Assembly (NCBI GenBank): GCA_038087875.1
Contig: CM076001.1
Coordinates: 2,046,001 to 2,110,000, forward strand
DNA: 64,000 nt
Direction: 5' to 3'
From: Malacoraja senta
Lineage: Eukaryota
Positions 49,939-62,880 of the stretch are shown in pieces. Within the stretch, counting starts at the first letter, position 1. The number at the start of each line of letters is the position of its first letter. Under the pieces are notes generated by a model. It searched no databases. It saw only the letters and a program-made list of their open reading frames with translations, and had not been told where the DNA came from. Both the position numbers and the translations under genes were made by a program.

Positions 49939-52029
49939 TTTACCCGTTCACTCTGTACTAGCTGCGTTCCAAACTTGAAGAGACACAAACTGGAGCGTTT
50001 TCTCAGTCAAAGAGCGGCTGCTTGTCTCCGGATGTTCGCTGTCACTGCCCTGTGCCCCCAGTGATGGAGTCAGAGATGTGGGTGGGCAGCGGGGTCTCAG
50101 CCAATTGTAATACACGTGGACGGAATCCAGCTTTTCCCCCGAGAGTAGTCGCATCCGCTTGAACAAACCGTGGTTGAGGAAGACATATTTGTTCTTGTAA
50201 CCGGTAGTGAAGGTGCGAAGCCTGAGATTGTTAAACGAAACAATAATAATGTGCATATTCACAAATGGAATAGATCGGGTAAACTCATAGAGTATCTTGG
50301 CCAGATGAGGGGGATCGACAAACAGAGAACATAGATTTATGGTGAGTGGGGAGGAAGATTTAATAGAGGCCAGAAGGGTAACTTTTTCATACAAAGGGGG
50401 CTTGGCGTATGGAACGAGCTGCCGGAGGAAGTAGTTAAGGCAGGCACAATCGCAAAGTTTAAGAAGAACGTTGACATGTACATGGATAGAACAGATGTTG
50501 AGGCATATGGGCGAAACGCATGCAGGTAGGACTAGTGTAGATGGAACATGTTGGCCGGTGTGGGCAAGTTGGACCGAAGGGTGTGTTTCCACGCTGTAAG
50601 ACTCTATGATGCCATGATTCTAAAAAAACACAATAGTATTAACGGCATCCGTCCAAAGGCGACAGTTGTGCAGTCGCTCGGCAGTCGAAAAAATGGGAGT
50701 TATTACGATGTTTTGATGTTTTCATTGAGAAATGCACGTGATTTCTATATGAAGTAAATTACAATCACTGCCAGAAGGATGTACAAGGAGCCATTTCAAC
50801 CAATATTTTCAGTTCCACTCACCTTCATCTGCCATGTTTTGGCATATGAATTTGAATCCTGAGGACCTCATCCCACCGAGTCCACGCCGACCATCGATGA
50901 CCCGATCACTTTCGGTCCATGTTATTCCATATTTCCATCTATTCCTTACACGGTGCATGTTTACAGAGGCCAATTAACCTAAAAAATCACACGTATTTGG
51001 GATAATGCAGGAAATCTGAGCACCTGGACGATATCGACACGGTCACAGCGAGACGGGAAAACTCCACTCAGACATCACCCGAGTACAGGATTGATCCCGA
51101 GTCTCTGAAGCTTTGAGGCAGCAGCTGCGCCATTGTGCCGACAAAATGTGTGAATTGTTTTTATAAAGAGTGCAGCTGGGTGATTGTTGAACTTTAACCA
51201 CAGCTAGCCGGCAAAATAGGTTTGGAATTTCCATGAGTTGCATCAGTATATCGAGTGGTCTGGTGATCTGCATTCTGCGCACAGACCCCTGCTGCCTAGA
51301 TTCGGTTCGTGGTCAGGGTGTATGGCGGGTTGTTTTCTGTCTCCAGTGGAAACACTATTAGACCGCGCACCGTTCACTCTGTGTAATATCAGCGTCGCCG
51401 CCACCACGTGAACAGTCAGCAGCTGACTAACATTTAAAATGATATACTTAGGCGAAATACACAAACATTATTGCTACCAACGGCTAACATTACCATAATC
51501 CCGACAGGGTCAGGCGGCCAGGGGTTTCAGAGTCAAATTAATATTGAGATTCGCATTCAAAATATATCTCCAAAATCAAAGAAAATATAAGATAACAATG
51601 GCCCACAAATCATCTGTTCGAATATGCTAACTATACAACGTGTTGTCAGTCATGCAAACAACCCATTGGAGATTGGAAGATAATTCAAATGCACTCTCGC
51701 TCACTTTGACGCGGAGTGGCGTGGATATCAGGGCAGTTGTGGAGGAGCAGCCATAAATTGAGACATCGCAACATTTGACTGGGTCTTTACATGGAAATGG
51801 TTCCGCCTTCACAGACCTCGACTATAGGAAAAACAACTGGGATTATTGTGAATTCTCGAAACAGTCATAGTGCGTCAAGTTTTTGTATTTCAAAATATAT
51901 AGTTTATTCGAGAAATGAATATATACAATACATGATCTTTACAAAACCCCATCCGACATTCTCGGAGGCTAAACATATATTCAATACTGTTTGCACAAAT
52001 TACACAATGTTACCTCCCACCCTTGCCAC

Positions 52030-52390
52030 TCATGTGACCCACTGGCATGGAATGCCTTCCCTTATTTTCAGGGGCGACTCCACCACACCCTGCCCCCATG
52101 CCCAGCAGCGGAAAGACCCTAGACTGTGGCCCTCCCCACAGAGCCTTGGCGTTGGCTGCACTCCTGTAGTCTGCAGCGGGCCAGTCGGCAACATTCCCCG
52201 ACGGACATCTCGCTTTGCTGGGAGGTCAACAAAGCTTAGGCACACCAAAGATTGTCTTTCACCGAGTTGATGACCTTCCAGCAGCACTCGAATATCGGCC
52301 TCTGAATGCGTCCCTGGGAACAGTCCGTAAATCACAGAGTCCTCTGCGACAGAGCTGTTCGGAATAAATCGTGACAGGCACCCTTGCAAA
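52030..52390 (-). mobile_element. Tx1-type (L1 clade) retrotransposon 3' fragment
   Basis: SSVAEDSVIYGLFPGTHSE, then in another frame KVINSVKDNLW..ECCRLA..AANAKALWGRATV*; matches my recollection of Tx1 ORF2 C-termini. Confidence 0.6.
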
Positions 52391-52959
52391 CCTCTCCAAA
52401 CTCTCTTTGCATCTGCAGTTCTTTCCCTAACAGTTTTAGTGCATCATAGACCCCAACCCTATCACATGGTCATTATAAACATGACATTCCTACACTACCA
52501 CGTGTATAACCGCGGTCTCACAATGTATTTTAGTGATAAGTACCACGACATTATTTCAAGGCCAGAAATGTGTTCTTAACTTCCAAATTGCCTATTTATT
52601 ATCACAAGCCCCAATTTCAACAGATCGCATTGACTGCGTCACGGGGAGTAGTCTGGTGACCATCGGATGGGACCATTCGCGAGTCCAGAACACGATCTGA
52701 TAGGCGCATCACGGTTCTGATAGGCGCATCTGTGTTACATGCGCGTACAAATGCGGGTGTGACCACGCATTCTAACACACACTCAGTCAACGCACATTAT
52801 GGCATGATGCGCTCTGCACATTCACCACATTTCCTGAACTGCTGTATTGTGGCTTAGAGTTCACTGTGAATTTTCACCGGATACATCTTTGAACATGGAA
52901 CTAATTCTAGGTAACCCGCGAACGTTAGGTGTTCAGTTTCGCGGTACAACGTGGAAATA

Positions 52960-53245
52960 GGTATTTGGTCCGACCGACTCCACGCCGACCCATTCAGCAC
53001 CATTCAAACCAGTTCTCCCTTACTCCGTATTCCTTTCTGCTTACTACATGGTAGGAGCTATTTTGCCGTGGCCAATTAACCCACTAACTCGCACAACTTG
53101 GGGATGTGAGGGTTAACCAGATGACCCAGAAGAAACCCACGCGGACACAGGAAAGAAGCAAACAGTCTACACATACAGTCTGGACGTCACCATCGAACCC
53201 AGATTCCGGCACTGTGCGGCAGCAGCTTTACCATCTGCGCCACCC
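52960..53245 (-). mobile_element. Degenerate HE1-like SINE
   Basis: 'ggccaattaaccc..gaaacccacgcggacacagg..catcgaacccag..ccatctgcgccacc'. Confidence 0.6.
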
Positions 53246-53744
53246 TACAAGATGTACTTCAAGCATTATATCCACGCTTTTCTGGCGTTAACAAAAGAAG
53301 CCGCAAAAGGCGTTCGCTTATTTCTGTCTTTTGACTGATTTATCAACCCGTTTTACTTTAAATTCAATTAACTTTAAATTCGATGCTAACATGGAAACGC
53401 GACACAATGTTATATTCCAATGCTAAATTGTTTTGATACAATGTGAACGTAATCTCACGAACGGCAACGTAACCTACAAACGCCCGCGGCTTTTAAAAAT
53501 GAGAAGTTACCGGAGCAAAGAGGGAAACGAAGAGAAAGTGAAAACCATAACTAGAGGGCATCAGAGGTCAGGGGTGAAGGTAGACCTCTGGCGCTATGAT
53601 GCAGCAACCCGTGTGCCTAGCAAGACCTGCAGATGGGACAACTCCATTCAGGGTGTGGTATCGACAAGACAATGTCTTCGTTGAGAGAACTTTTCCAAGT
53701 ACAGGAAAACGAATTGATAGCACAGGCATCTCACCTGCAAATAC

Positions 53745-54112
53745 GTTTACCAAATTTGCAATTCCCCCTTCCCTCCAACTCTCCAGAGTGGTGATGCCCC
53801 CTTCCCTCCAACTCTCCAAAGTGAGCACCACCGGAAATTGGACGAGCAGCACCTCATATTCCGCTTGGGCAGTTTGCACCCTAGCGGCATAAACATTGAA
53901 TTCTCCAATTTCCTGTAGCCCTTGCTGTCTCCTCCCCTTCTCAGCTCTCCCTCAGCCCTCGGGCTCCTCCTCTTCCTTTTTCCTTTCTTCTCCCCGCACC
54001 CCCCACCCCCTACATCAGTCTGAAGAAGGCTTTCGGCCCGAAACGTTGCCTATTTCCTTCGCTCCAGAGATGCTGCTGCACCCGCTGAGTTTCTCCAGCA
54101 CTTTTGTCCACC
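53745..54112 (+). mobile_element. Penelope-like element 3' fragment with pLTR
   Basis: KLDEQHLIFRLGSLHPSGINIEFSNF followed by 'tcagtctgaagaaggc..ccgaaacgtt..gctgagtttctccagcac'. Confidence 0.75.
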
Positions 54113-54281
54113 TTGCAATTAGAGTAAATGGGTAAATGGGTATTAGAGCGCGTGGAGCTCTCACAACTTCCGCTGGGTCATGGTGTAAATGCCTGTGATT
54201 GTGCAGGTGCTCAGCAGATACAACATGACATCAAATCGTTCAAACGTGAAATGTTGGTTAATCTACGCCTTGATGTGAAAG

Positions 54282-55702
54282 TGTTTAAGAATGAACTGCA
54301 AATGCTGGAAATGCGAAGGTAGACAAAAATGGTGGAGAAACACAGCGAGCGAGGCAGCATCTATGGAGCGAAGGAAATAGGCAACGTTTCGGGTCGAACC
54401 CCTTCTTCAGACTGATGTCAGGGTGGGGTGGGAGGCGGCAAGAAGAAAGGACGACGTGGAGTCTGAGGGCTGAGGGGGAGCTGAGAAGGGGAAGAGAAAG
54501 CAGGGACTACCTGAAATTAGAGAAGTCAATGTTCATACCGCTGGGGTGCAAACTGCCCAAGCGTAATATGAGGTGCTGCTTCTCCAATTTACGGTGGTCC
54601 TCTACAACTGCGATGGAGACTACTGACCGACATCCACTATAAGCCCACTGACTCCCATTGCTATCTGGACTACAATTCTTCCCACGCTGCTTCCTGTAAG
54701 GACTACATCCCCTACTCCCAATCCCTCCGTCCACGCCGCATCTGCACCCAGGATGAGGTGTTCCACATCAGGGCATCGGAGATGTCCTCATTCTTCAGGG
54801 AACGGGGTTTCCCCTCTTCTACTTTTGATGAGGTTCTCACCAGGGTATCTTCTAATTCCCGTAACTCTGCTCTCACTCCCCATCGACCAACTCGCAACAA
54901 TGGCCGATACCCCCTTGTCCTCACCTTCCACCCTATCAGCCATCATATACAACAAATAACCTCCGACATTTTCGTCACCTACAACGTGAACCCACCACTT
55001 GCCACATGTTCCCATCTCCTCCTCTGTCTGCCTTCCGCAGAGAATGCTCCGTCCGGAACTGCCTGGTCAATTCGTCCCTTCCCACCCGAACCACCCCCTC
55101 TCCGGGCACTTTCCCTTGCATCCGCAGGAAATGCTACACTTGTCGTCTTCCCTCCAACCTTGACACCTTTCAAGGACCCAAGCAGTCTTTCCAGGTGCGG
55201 CAGAGGTTCACCTGCACCTCCTCCACTCTCATCTATTGCATCCGCTGCTCTAGATGTCAGCTGTTCTACGTCTAGTGAGACAAAGCGTAGGCTTGGCGAT
55301 CGCTTCGCCCAACACCTCCGCTCGGTTCGCAATAACCAACCTGATCTCCCGTTGGCTCAGCACTTCAACGCCCCCTCCCATTCCGAATCCGACCTTTCTG
55401 TCCTGGGCCTCCTCCATGGCCAGAGTGAGGACCACCGTAAATTGGAGGAGCAGCACCTCATATTTCGCTTGTGCAATTTGCACCCCAGCGGTATGAACAT
55501 TGACTTCTCTAATATCATGTAGTCCCTATTTTCTCCTCCCCTTCTCAGCTCTCCATCAGCACGCTGGCTCTACCTCTTCCTTTGTTCTCCCACCCCCACC
55601 CTCACATCAGCCTGAAGAAGGGTTTGGACCTGAAACGGTGCCTATTTCATTCGTTCCATAGATGCTGCCTCACCCGCTGAGTTTCTCCAGCATTTTTGTC
55701 TA
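54282..55702 (+). mobile_element. Penelope-like element with inverted 5' pLTR segment and ~14-bp TSD
   Basis: RT C-terminus (YKPTDSH), GIY-YIG region LIYCIRCSRC..ETKRRLGDRFAQH, pLTR 55520-55702. 54282-54600 is an inverted copy of the 3' end. TSD CCTTGATG(T/C)GAAAG at 54268-54281 and 55703-55716. Confidence 0.87.
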
Positions 55703-56412
55703 CCTTGATGCGAAAGGATCTAACACTTCGGTAATAAACAAACTATGTGACCGTTGTGGCCCAGAGCATGGTAAAACCCGTGCAGATTCCAAGAAGTAAA
55801 ACGACGGATCGTCTGCGGTTCGCAATCTCGGGGTCTTTATATTTATCCCCGCTGTTCCTTTCCCGGACACGTCTGCGGACCCGACCCGACCCGACTAAGA
55901 TGTGTCTGACTGTGAGCACGTTAAATAGTAAAACCAAACAGAATGGAACAACTAGGGCCAACAGCTGCTCTGTCCAGGAAAATGCTATAATTGCTGGAAT
56001 CATACATTGGTGGATTGTCACTCGGCATCATCAAGTCAATCCCCAATTACATAGAATAAGGATTAACTGCAAATTGCCAGGGGACATTCTTGAAGCAGGT
56101 GAACGCGCCCAGTTTCACTACAACCACAACCGTGGTTCTTTCGGTGCAGTAGCGGGTTTTGAGTTTGTAAGTGCGAGTGGCCACAAATCGATCAAAAGGT
56201 GAAAGCGACCGTGAACCAAATAGAACAGTCGATAGCTAGATGAGAGAACGAGAATTAATCTGCACACAGGAGTGTAGAGCACGTCAAATCCTCGCCAACA
56301 GAGGTCACCAAATATATGCAGCATCGCGTCGCACACTTTCACGGAGAAGTCCGCCGTCGCCATGGCCACCAGGTAACACGTGATGCATTTTGGAGAGACC
56401 ACACTTCCCGCC

Positions 56413-56720
56413 GCTTAAGTTTAGTTTTGTTTAGACATACAGTACTGAAACAGGCCCTTTGGCCCACCGAGTCGCACCAACCAGCGATCCCCGCACACTG
56501 ACACTATCCTACGCACACTAGGGACAATTTACACAAACAACATGCCAATTAACCTAAAAAGCCGTACGTCTTTGGAGTGTGGGAGGAAACCGAGGATCTC
56601 GGAGAAGACCCACGCGGTCACGGGGAGAACGTACAGACATCACCCCTAGTCGGGATCGAACCCGGGTCACTGGCACTGCAAGGGCTGTAAAGCAGCAACT
56701 CGACCGCTGCGCCGCCGTGG
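56413..56720 (-). mobile_element. HE1/V-SINE-type SINE inserted in GPCR exon
   Basis: Reverse complement: CACGGCGGCGCAGCGGTCGAGTTGCTGC..CCCGGGTTCGATCCCGACT..GGTTTCCTCCCACACTCCAAAGACGTAC..AAACTAAACT tail. Confidence 0.88.
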
Positions 56721-57381
56721 CTGCAATCGCCATCAGGTTTACTAGGAAAGAATGAAAGAAGATATAGCGGTGAGATGCAGAGACATGCACCAACGAATGT
56801 AAACGTTGGTCGTAATTATTCCACGATTCTTAAGGCTCTCTGTTGTCGAAAGTAAGGCTTTGCTGGGAGTTCGGTTTGGTTCATTATGGCCCCTGTCCCA
56901 ACGAGAGAGATTTCACATAATCTTTACAAAGTCTATTTAGCACTGAAATGAAAAAGGTTAATAAGAATGCTAATGCAAAAATCCATGGTTGTTACGATTA
57001 TAAACACAGCACAGAAAATAATACTGCAGAATGATGACAGAAATAATTACGAAATAGAAAATGAGTCTGTACTAACAACAGGGAGACAGAGAGCAAGAGA
57101 TAAAGTGACCTTTTACTTTAATTTAATCTAGAATCAATCCGGAGATGCATACATTGCTGGATAATTCGTTTAGAGAAAATCAAATCACATATCGGTATAG
57201 CTGTTCCCCGTCATCCATCAGTAATGAATGAGATTACACTTTCCGTGAAATATTGGGAACACGTTAGAGAACAAGATTAAATAACAATGTGTTTGAGTAA
57301 CTCAGCCGGTCACGCAGTTGCTGGGTCGGGAACGGACATGCGACGTGTCGGATCTGAATCCTTCTTCACTCAGTGTATTAC

Positions 57382-59265
57382 ATAGAAACATAGAAATATA
57401 GAAAATAGGTGCAGGAGTAGGCCATTCGGCCCTTCGAGCCTGCACCGCCATTCAATATGATCATGGCTGATCATCCAACTCTTTGGTTCCGTCTTCACTA
57501 AGGAAGACATAAATAATCTGCCGGAAATAGCAGGGGACCGCGGGTCAAAGGAGTTGGAGGAATTGAGTGAAATCCAGGTTAGACGGGAAGTGGTGTATCT
57601 CCCCTTTTCCTCCAACTCCTTTGACCCGCGGTCCCCTGCTATTTCCGGCAGATTATTTATGTCTTCCTCAGTGAAGACGGAACCAAAGTAGTTATTCAAT
57701 TGGTCCGCCATTTCCTTGTTCCCCATAATCAACTCACCTCTTTCTGACTGCAAGGGACCAACATTTGTTTTAACTAATCTCTTTCTTTTCACATATCTAT
57801 AAAATCTTTTGCAGTCAGTTTTTATGTTCCCTGCCAGTTTTCTTTCATAATCTATTTTTCCTTTCCTAATTAAGCCCTTTGTCCTCCTCTGCTGGTCTCT
57901 GAATTTCTCCCAGTCCTCCGGTATGCTGCTTTTTCTGGCTAATTTGTACGCATCATCCTTCGCTTTGATACCATCCCTGATTTCCCTTGTTATCCACGGA
58001 TGCACTACCTTCCCTGATTTATTCTTTTGCCAAACTGGGATGAACATTTTTTGCAGTTCATCCATGCAGTCTTTAAATGTCTTCCATTGCATATCCACCG
58101 TCAACCCTTTTAGAATTAATTGCCAATCAATCTTGGCCAATTCACGTCTCATACCCTCAAAGTTACCTTTCTTTAAGTTCAGAACCATTGTTTCTGAATT
58201 AACAATGTCACTCTCCATCCTAATGAAGAACTCAACCATATTATGGTCACTCTTGCCCAAGGGGGCACGTACAACAAGACTGCTAACTAACCCTTCCTCA
58301 TTTCTCAATACCCAGTCTAAAATAGCCTGCTCTCTCGTTGGTTCCTCTACATGTTGATTTAGATAACTATCCCGCATACATTCCAAGAAATCCTCTTCCT
58401 CAGCACCCCTGCCAATTTGATTCACCCAATCTATATGTAGATTGAAGTCACCCATTATAACTGTTTTGCCTTTGTCGCACGCATTTCTAATTTCCTGTTT
58501 GATACCATCTCCAACTTCACTACTACTGTTAGGTGGCCTGTACACAACACCCACCAGCGTTTTCTGCCCCTTAGTGTTTCGCAGCTCTGCCCATACCGAT
58601 TACACATCCTCGAAACTAATGTCCTTCCTTTCTATTGCCTTAATATCCTCTCTAATCAGCAACGCTACCCCACCTCCTTTTCCTTTCTCTCTATCCCTCC
58701 TGAATATTGAATATCCCTGGATGTTCAGCTCCCAGACTCAGTATCCTGTACCTGCTTTCTCTCCATACCCCCTGATCCCTTTAGCCACAAGGGCCACTTC
58801 TAATTCCCTCTTAAGTATAGCCAATGAACTGTCCTCAACGACATTCTGTGGCAGAGAATTCCAGAGATTCACCACTCTCTGTGTAAAAAATGTTTTTCTC
58901 ATCTCAGTCCAAAAAGATTTCCCCTTTATCTTTAAACTGTGACCCCTTGTTCTGGACTTCCCCAACATCGGGAACAATTTTCCTGCATCTAGCCTGTCCA
59001 ACCCCTTAAGAATTGTGTAAGTTTCTACAAGATCCCCCCTCAATCTTCTAAATTCCAGCGAGTACAAGCCGAGTCTATCCAGTCGCTCCTCATATGAAGG
59101 TCCTGACAGCCCAGGAATGAGTCTGGTGAACATTCTCTGTACTCCCTCCATGGAAAAATGGCCTTCCTCAGATTAGGAGACCAAAACTGTACGCAATACT
59201 CCAGGTGTGGTCTCACCAAAACGCTGTACAACTGCAGTAGAACCTCCCTGCTCCTATACTCAAAT
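57382..59265 (-). mobile_element. CR1 3' fragment interrupted by a fold-back CR1 ORF2 piece (57481-58735)
   Basis: Tail at 57382-57480 resumes as 'cagtatcctgtacc' at ~58739. The insert carries endonuclease-to-linker ORF2 (57370-58554 ORF) plus a short inverted arm. Confidence 0.85.
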
Positions 59266-59329
59266 CCGGGGTTGTGTGGGAATGTGGTGCTGTGGGAGCT
59301 CCAGTCGTGCCTATATCATTTAATCATTG

Positions 59330-59640
59330 ACATATGTAGCTTTAAAACAGGCTCTTCTGCCCACCGTGACCACGCTGACCATCAAATTCGCGGTCACTGG
59401 ATCTTTTCTTAACCCATTCTCTCATCACCTCCCTGCATATTGTGCGCGATTTACAAAGGGCAATTCACCTCCAGACATTCATCTGCTTGGGATGCGGGAG
59501 TAAACCGGCTCACCCTGAAAACACGCGAGTGATCTCGGGGAGAAAGTGTAAGCGTCAGACAAAGAGCACCGGAGGTCAGGACCGAACGCGGGGCTCTGGT
59601 TCCAAGAGCCAGCAGCCATCCCGCGTGCGCCACTGTGGCG
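59330..59640 (-). mobile_element. Degenerate HE1-like SINE
   Basis: 'gtaaaccggctcaccctgaaaacacgcgagtgatctcggggaga..gtgcgccactgtgg'. Confidence 0.6.
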
Positions 59641-61019
59641 CATTGTCCCTGTGAGAATCGCTATCAAAACGATGAGCAGTGAGCTTTAGTGGGCTCCAGT
59701 TCAGGCTGAGCTTCTGCGTTGTACATGGACACGTCTGCACAACCACCGCCGCCCTACTCCGCCTCCAACCTTGAACTACAGACAGTCCCGTTCCCTAACC
59801 ACGCAAATGTCAGTATGAATGGTGACCCCCGCGTTTTTCTTGTACGGTGGTTAAATATTGGTCAACACAGAGAACCGAAAGAACTCAGCGGGTCAGGCAG
59901 CATCTGTGAATGGATGAGTGGAATCCATCTCTCTCAAATCAACTTTCGACAAAGTTGGGGTAATGCCACCCAATTTTTCAAGAAGCACTGTACCTGAGGA
60001 ATTGATGTGACAAGACATGTCGCACAGACCGCCAATGCAATAAAGTACACATGTCGCTGGAAGCATAAACATATACCTATAAGTGCATAGATATACCCAC
60101 CTATCCATGTCCTCCAGTGAGATTGCCTGACCCGAATCGAGCACTTTGTGTTTCTTCGTTTTGGTAAATGAGCATCTGCAGTTCGTTGCGTCTCCTTGTA
60201 CGACGGTCCACCAGTTTAAACGACATTTGGCGAAGCTAAGTATCAACACAGCCTCCCACTCGGTCTAAGCACAAAGTGCTGGAGGAACTAAGCGGGTCAG
60301 GCAGCATCGGTAGTCAGAATGGATAGGCAACGTTTCGTATCGGACCCTGAATTGTCGTCTTTCGATTCCTTTCACACATACTGCTTGGCCCGCCGAATTC
60401 CAACAGCAGTTTGCGTTTGCTCAAAATTGCAGAACCCACATTTCCTTATGTCTCCCCCTCCGTCTAGTTCGGTGAGATTAGCCCGAATCATTTTCTCTGT
60501 TGCTCAAATAGAATTGTCTTTCCGAACTAAGTCAACTGCAACAGACCCGCCGGTTAATCCAAGGGCTGACGAAATTGTGTAATAAACGACCTCGATCTCC
60601 GAAATTACAAAGAATGCATTCCGCATTCAAGACGATGACCTCAGGCGCTGTAAAGTTAAAGACCATAGGTTTCAATGAACGGAGAGAAACAGCGGCATAC
60701 TTAAAATACAGCCAAAGTAGAAAGGGACAATTAAGTCACACCCCCACGTCAACAAGTATATCTTCTGTCCCAAAGGATATCATTTGATCTCACTCATCAG
60801 GACGAGCGCTGTTTACACATGCCAGCAGCTGATCACCCTTTGGACAGTACTTCCAAAATATTAATTCAATTTATATTATTTAATTGAAGCGTTCCATGAA
60901 GATACTGAGCCCAATTCGTTTGGAAAATAACATATACCATTACGTATCATTATTTAATACATAGATCAGTAGAGGAAAGCAACGGGACATTGGACCCGCA
61001 ATGTTTGTGCCGAATATGA

Positions 61020-61400
61020 TGTCGAACTGAACTGATCTCATTTGGCTGCACATGATCCATATCCATGCTCCATTGTTTGCACGTCGATGTGCCTATTTGA
61101 ACGCCCCTTAAATGCCACTATCTTATCTACCACCACCAGTGCACCTGCCAGTTCGCCCGAGACACCCTCGCCCTCTGTGTGAACAACTTGTCTAGCACAT
61201 CTCCATTAAACATTTCACCTTCCCACTTCACAACACCGTCCTCTAGTGTTCGACATTTCCACAAATTCCATCTGCCAATTCTCCCCCATGTGTGCAGCTG
61301 ATCTATATCTCGTTGCATCTTCTGACCTTTCTCAGTGTCTGCAACTGCTCCAATGTTGGTGTCGTCAGCAAATGAACGCACCAATCTATTTACATTTACG
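61020..61400 (-). mobile_element. Old deleted CR1 fragment
   Basis: SFADDTNIGAV..MQRDIDQL (61127-61384). Confidence 0.6.
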
Positions 61401-62344
61401 TCAAGGTCAGTGATTTATATATATAACGTTGGCAACGTCCAAATTCCCATCACGTGTTCTTCCTCCGCAGATTTCCTGCGCATTTCACACTCGGTCCATT
61501 GTTGCACAAACAGGAACGTAATCTCAGGCCAAGAGAGTTGCCAGAACGTAACGCGCTGAAAGGGGCAGTGTCAGCGGTTACTGGTTAAATGGCATGGTGA
61601 GGGGGCGAGAGCGAAGAATGTGAGAGAGAAAGAGAATATTGATCGAAACCGAGAGCGGACTAAAAACAGCGAAGGGGACCGGTATGCTTGCTCATTTGTG
61701 TTGGACTTCTCGCATGGTAATTCCTTATGGACCATTTAGCAGGAATATCGAGATAGATATAAAACACTTTTCTATAAATTGAAATCAACGAAACTCTGGT
61801 AGATGTGCGGCGAAGTCTGCATTAGGTATGGTGTCCTGACCATGGTGTGCATTCAAAACAAGGAGAAATATGAGTCGACGAATGTGTTCACCAACGCGGA
61901 AGCTGTGTTGTTCTGCTGGCGTCCGGTTCGCCAAGAAAACACAGCGCATAACGGAAGACCATAATAGCAAGGTTCGAGCCCTGAAATAAAACACGAAATC
62001 GTAATGGAAAACTGTTCACATAGATTCCTGGCTTTACACGTGTGCTTGAGGCTGCGTTATGGCTGAACTGGACGCTGATGAGAATCTGCAGAAAGAAGAA
62101 AACAGATCAGTGCAAATGGGTTACTGAAGGTTGGCCGGGACTCGGTGGGTTGAATGGTCTGTTCCCGGTCTGTGTGACTCCGTAACTACATGGAAAGTGA
62201 TCAATGAGCAGCAGATGGCAGGAAAGCCCCGGAAACGGCCGATCGCTGTCAGGAAACCAGGCGCCAGGCGGACTAGTCGAGGTGTAACACAAGTGCTAGT
62301 GAAACTTAGGATGTGCCTGAGGGGAAAAGGACTGGGGGATAGCA

Positions 62345-62880
62345 TTATGCATTGAAGTGAAGCAGCATGGTAGACGTTGCTATGGGACAGGTAGACATCT
62401 GCCCACATCACTGGCTGAACCCACTGGCTCCCTGTGCGGTTCCGTATACATTTCAAGATCCTCCTCTATGTCTACAAAGCCCTCAATGGACTTGCCCCCA
62501 CCTACATTAAAAGTCTTCTCACCCACCACTCCACCTCCAGGTCCCTCAGATCGGCCGACTTGGGGTTGCTGAGTATCCCGCGGTCTAGGCATAAGCTCAG
62601 GTGCGACCGCGCCTTTGCGGTTGCAGCTCCTAGACAGTGAAACAGCACCGCCCTTCCCATCAGAACTGCCCCCCACCATCGACTCCTTTAATCAAGACTA
62701 AAAACGTATCTATACTCCCAAGCCTTTCTTGACATCCTCTGAGCGAGGGCTATATGTATATATGTATGTAGTTTGTTTGTTTATATTATTCTTATAACAA
62801 ATGTAAAGCACTTTGGCCAACGAGAGTTGTTTTTTTAAATGTGCTATATAAATAAATGTGACTTGACTTGACTTGACTTG
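62345..62880 (+). mobile_element. L2-clade LINE 3' fragment
   Basis: HWLPVRFRIHFKILLYVYKALNGLAPTYI..RSLRSA..RAFAVAAP; AATAAA then (GACTT)n tail at 62850-62880. Confidence 0.85.

Larger units (their letters stand above)
20925..52021. repeat. Segmental duplication, copy B, with ~18 kb internal expansion
   Basis: 20925-26180 matches 1-5230; 44640-52021 matches 5200-13570; the interval between is tandem CR1 copies and insertions. Confidence 0.92.
54120..56741 (-). pseudogene. Second GPR139-like GPCR pseudogene (exon 2), interrupted by a SINE and a Penelope element
   Basis: Acceptor TTCCTAG then VNLMAI at 56741; LVAMATADFSV (~56380); WTEQLLALVVPFCLVLLFNVLTVRHILV..DPEIANRRRSVVLLL (55743-56021); TM7 FTFERFDVMLYLLSTCTITGIYTMTQ at ~54260-54170. 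Multiple stops and shifts; exon 1 not found. Confidence 0.85.

Noticed and set aside
52694-52730. 15-bp direct repeat TCTGATAGGCGCATC x2
   Set aside because: Isolated micro-duplication with no further structure.
61670-61730. Leader-like 'CLLICVGLLAW|GTAATT' on the plus strand
   Set aside because: No in-frame ATG and no downstream V exon or RSS found.
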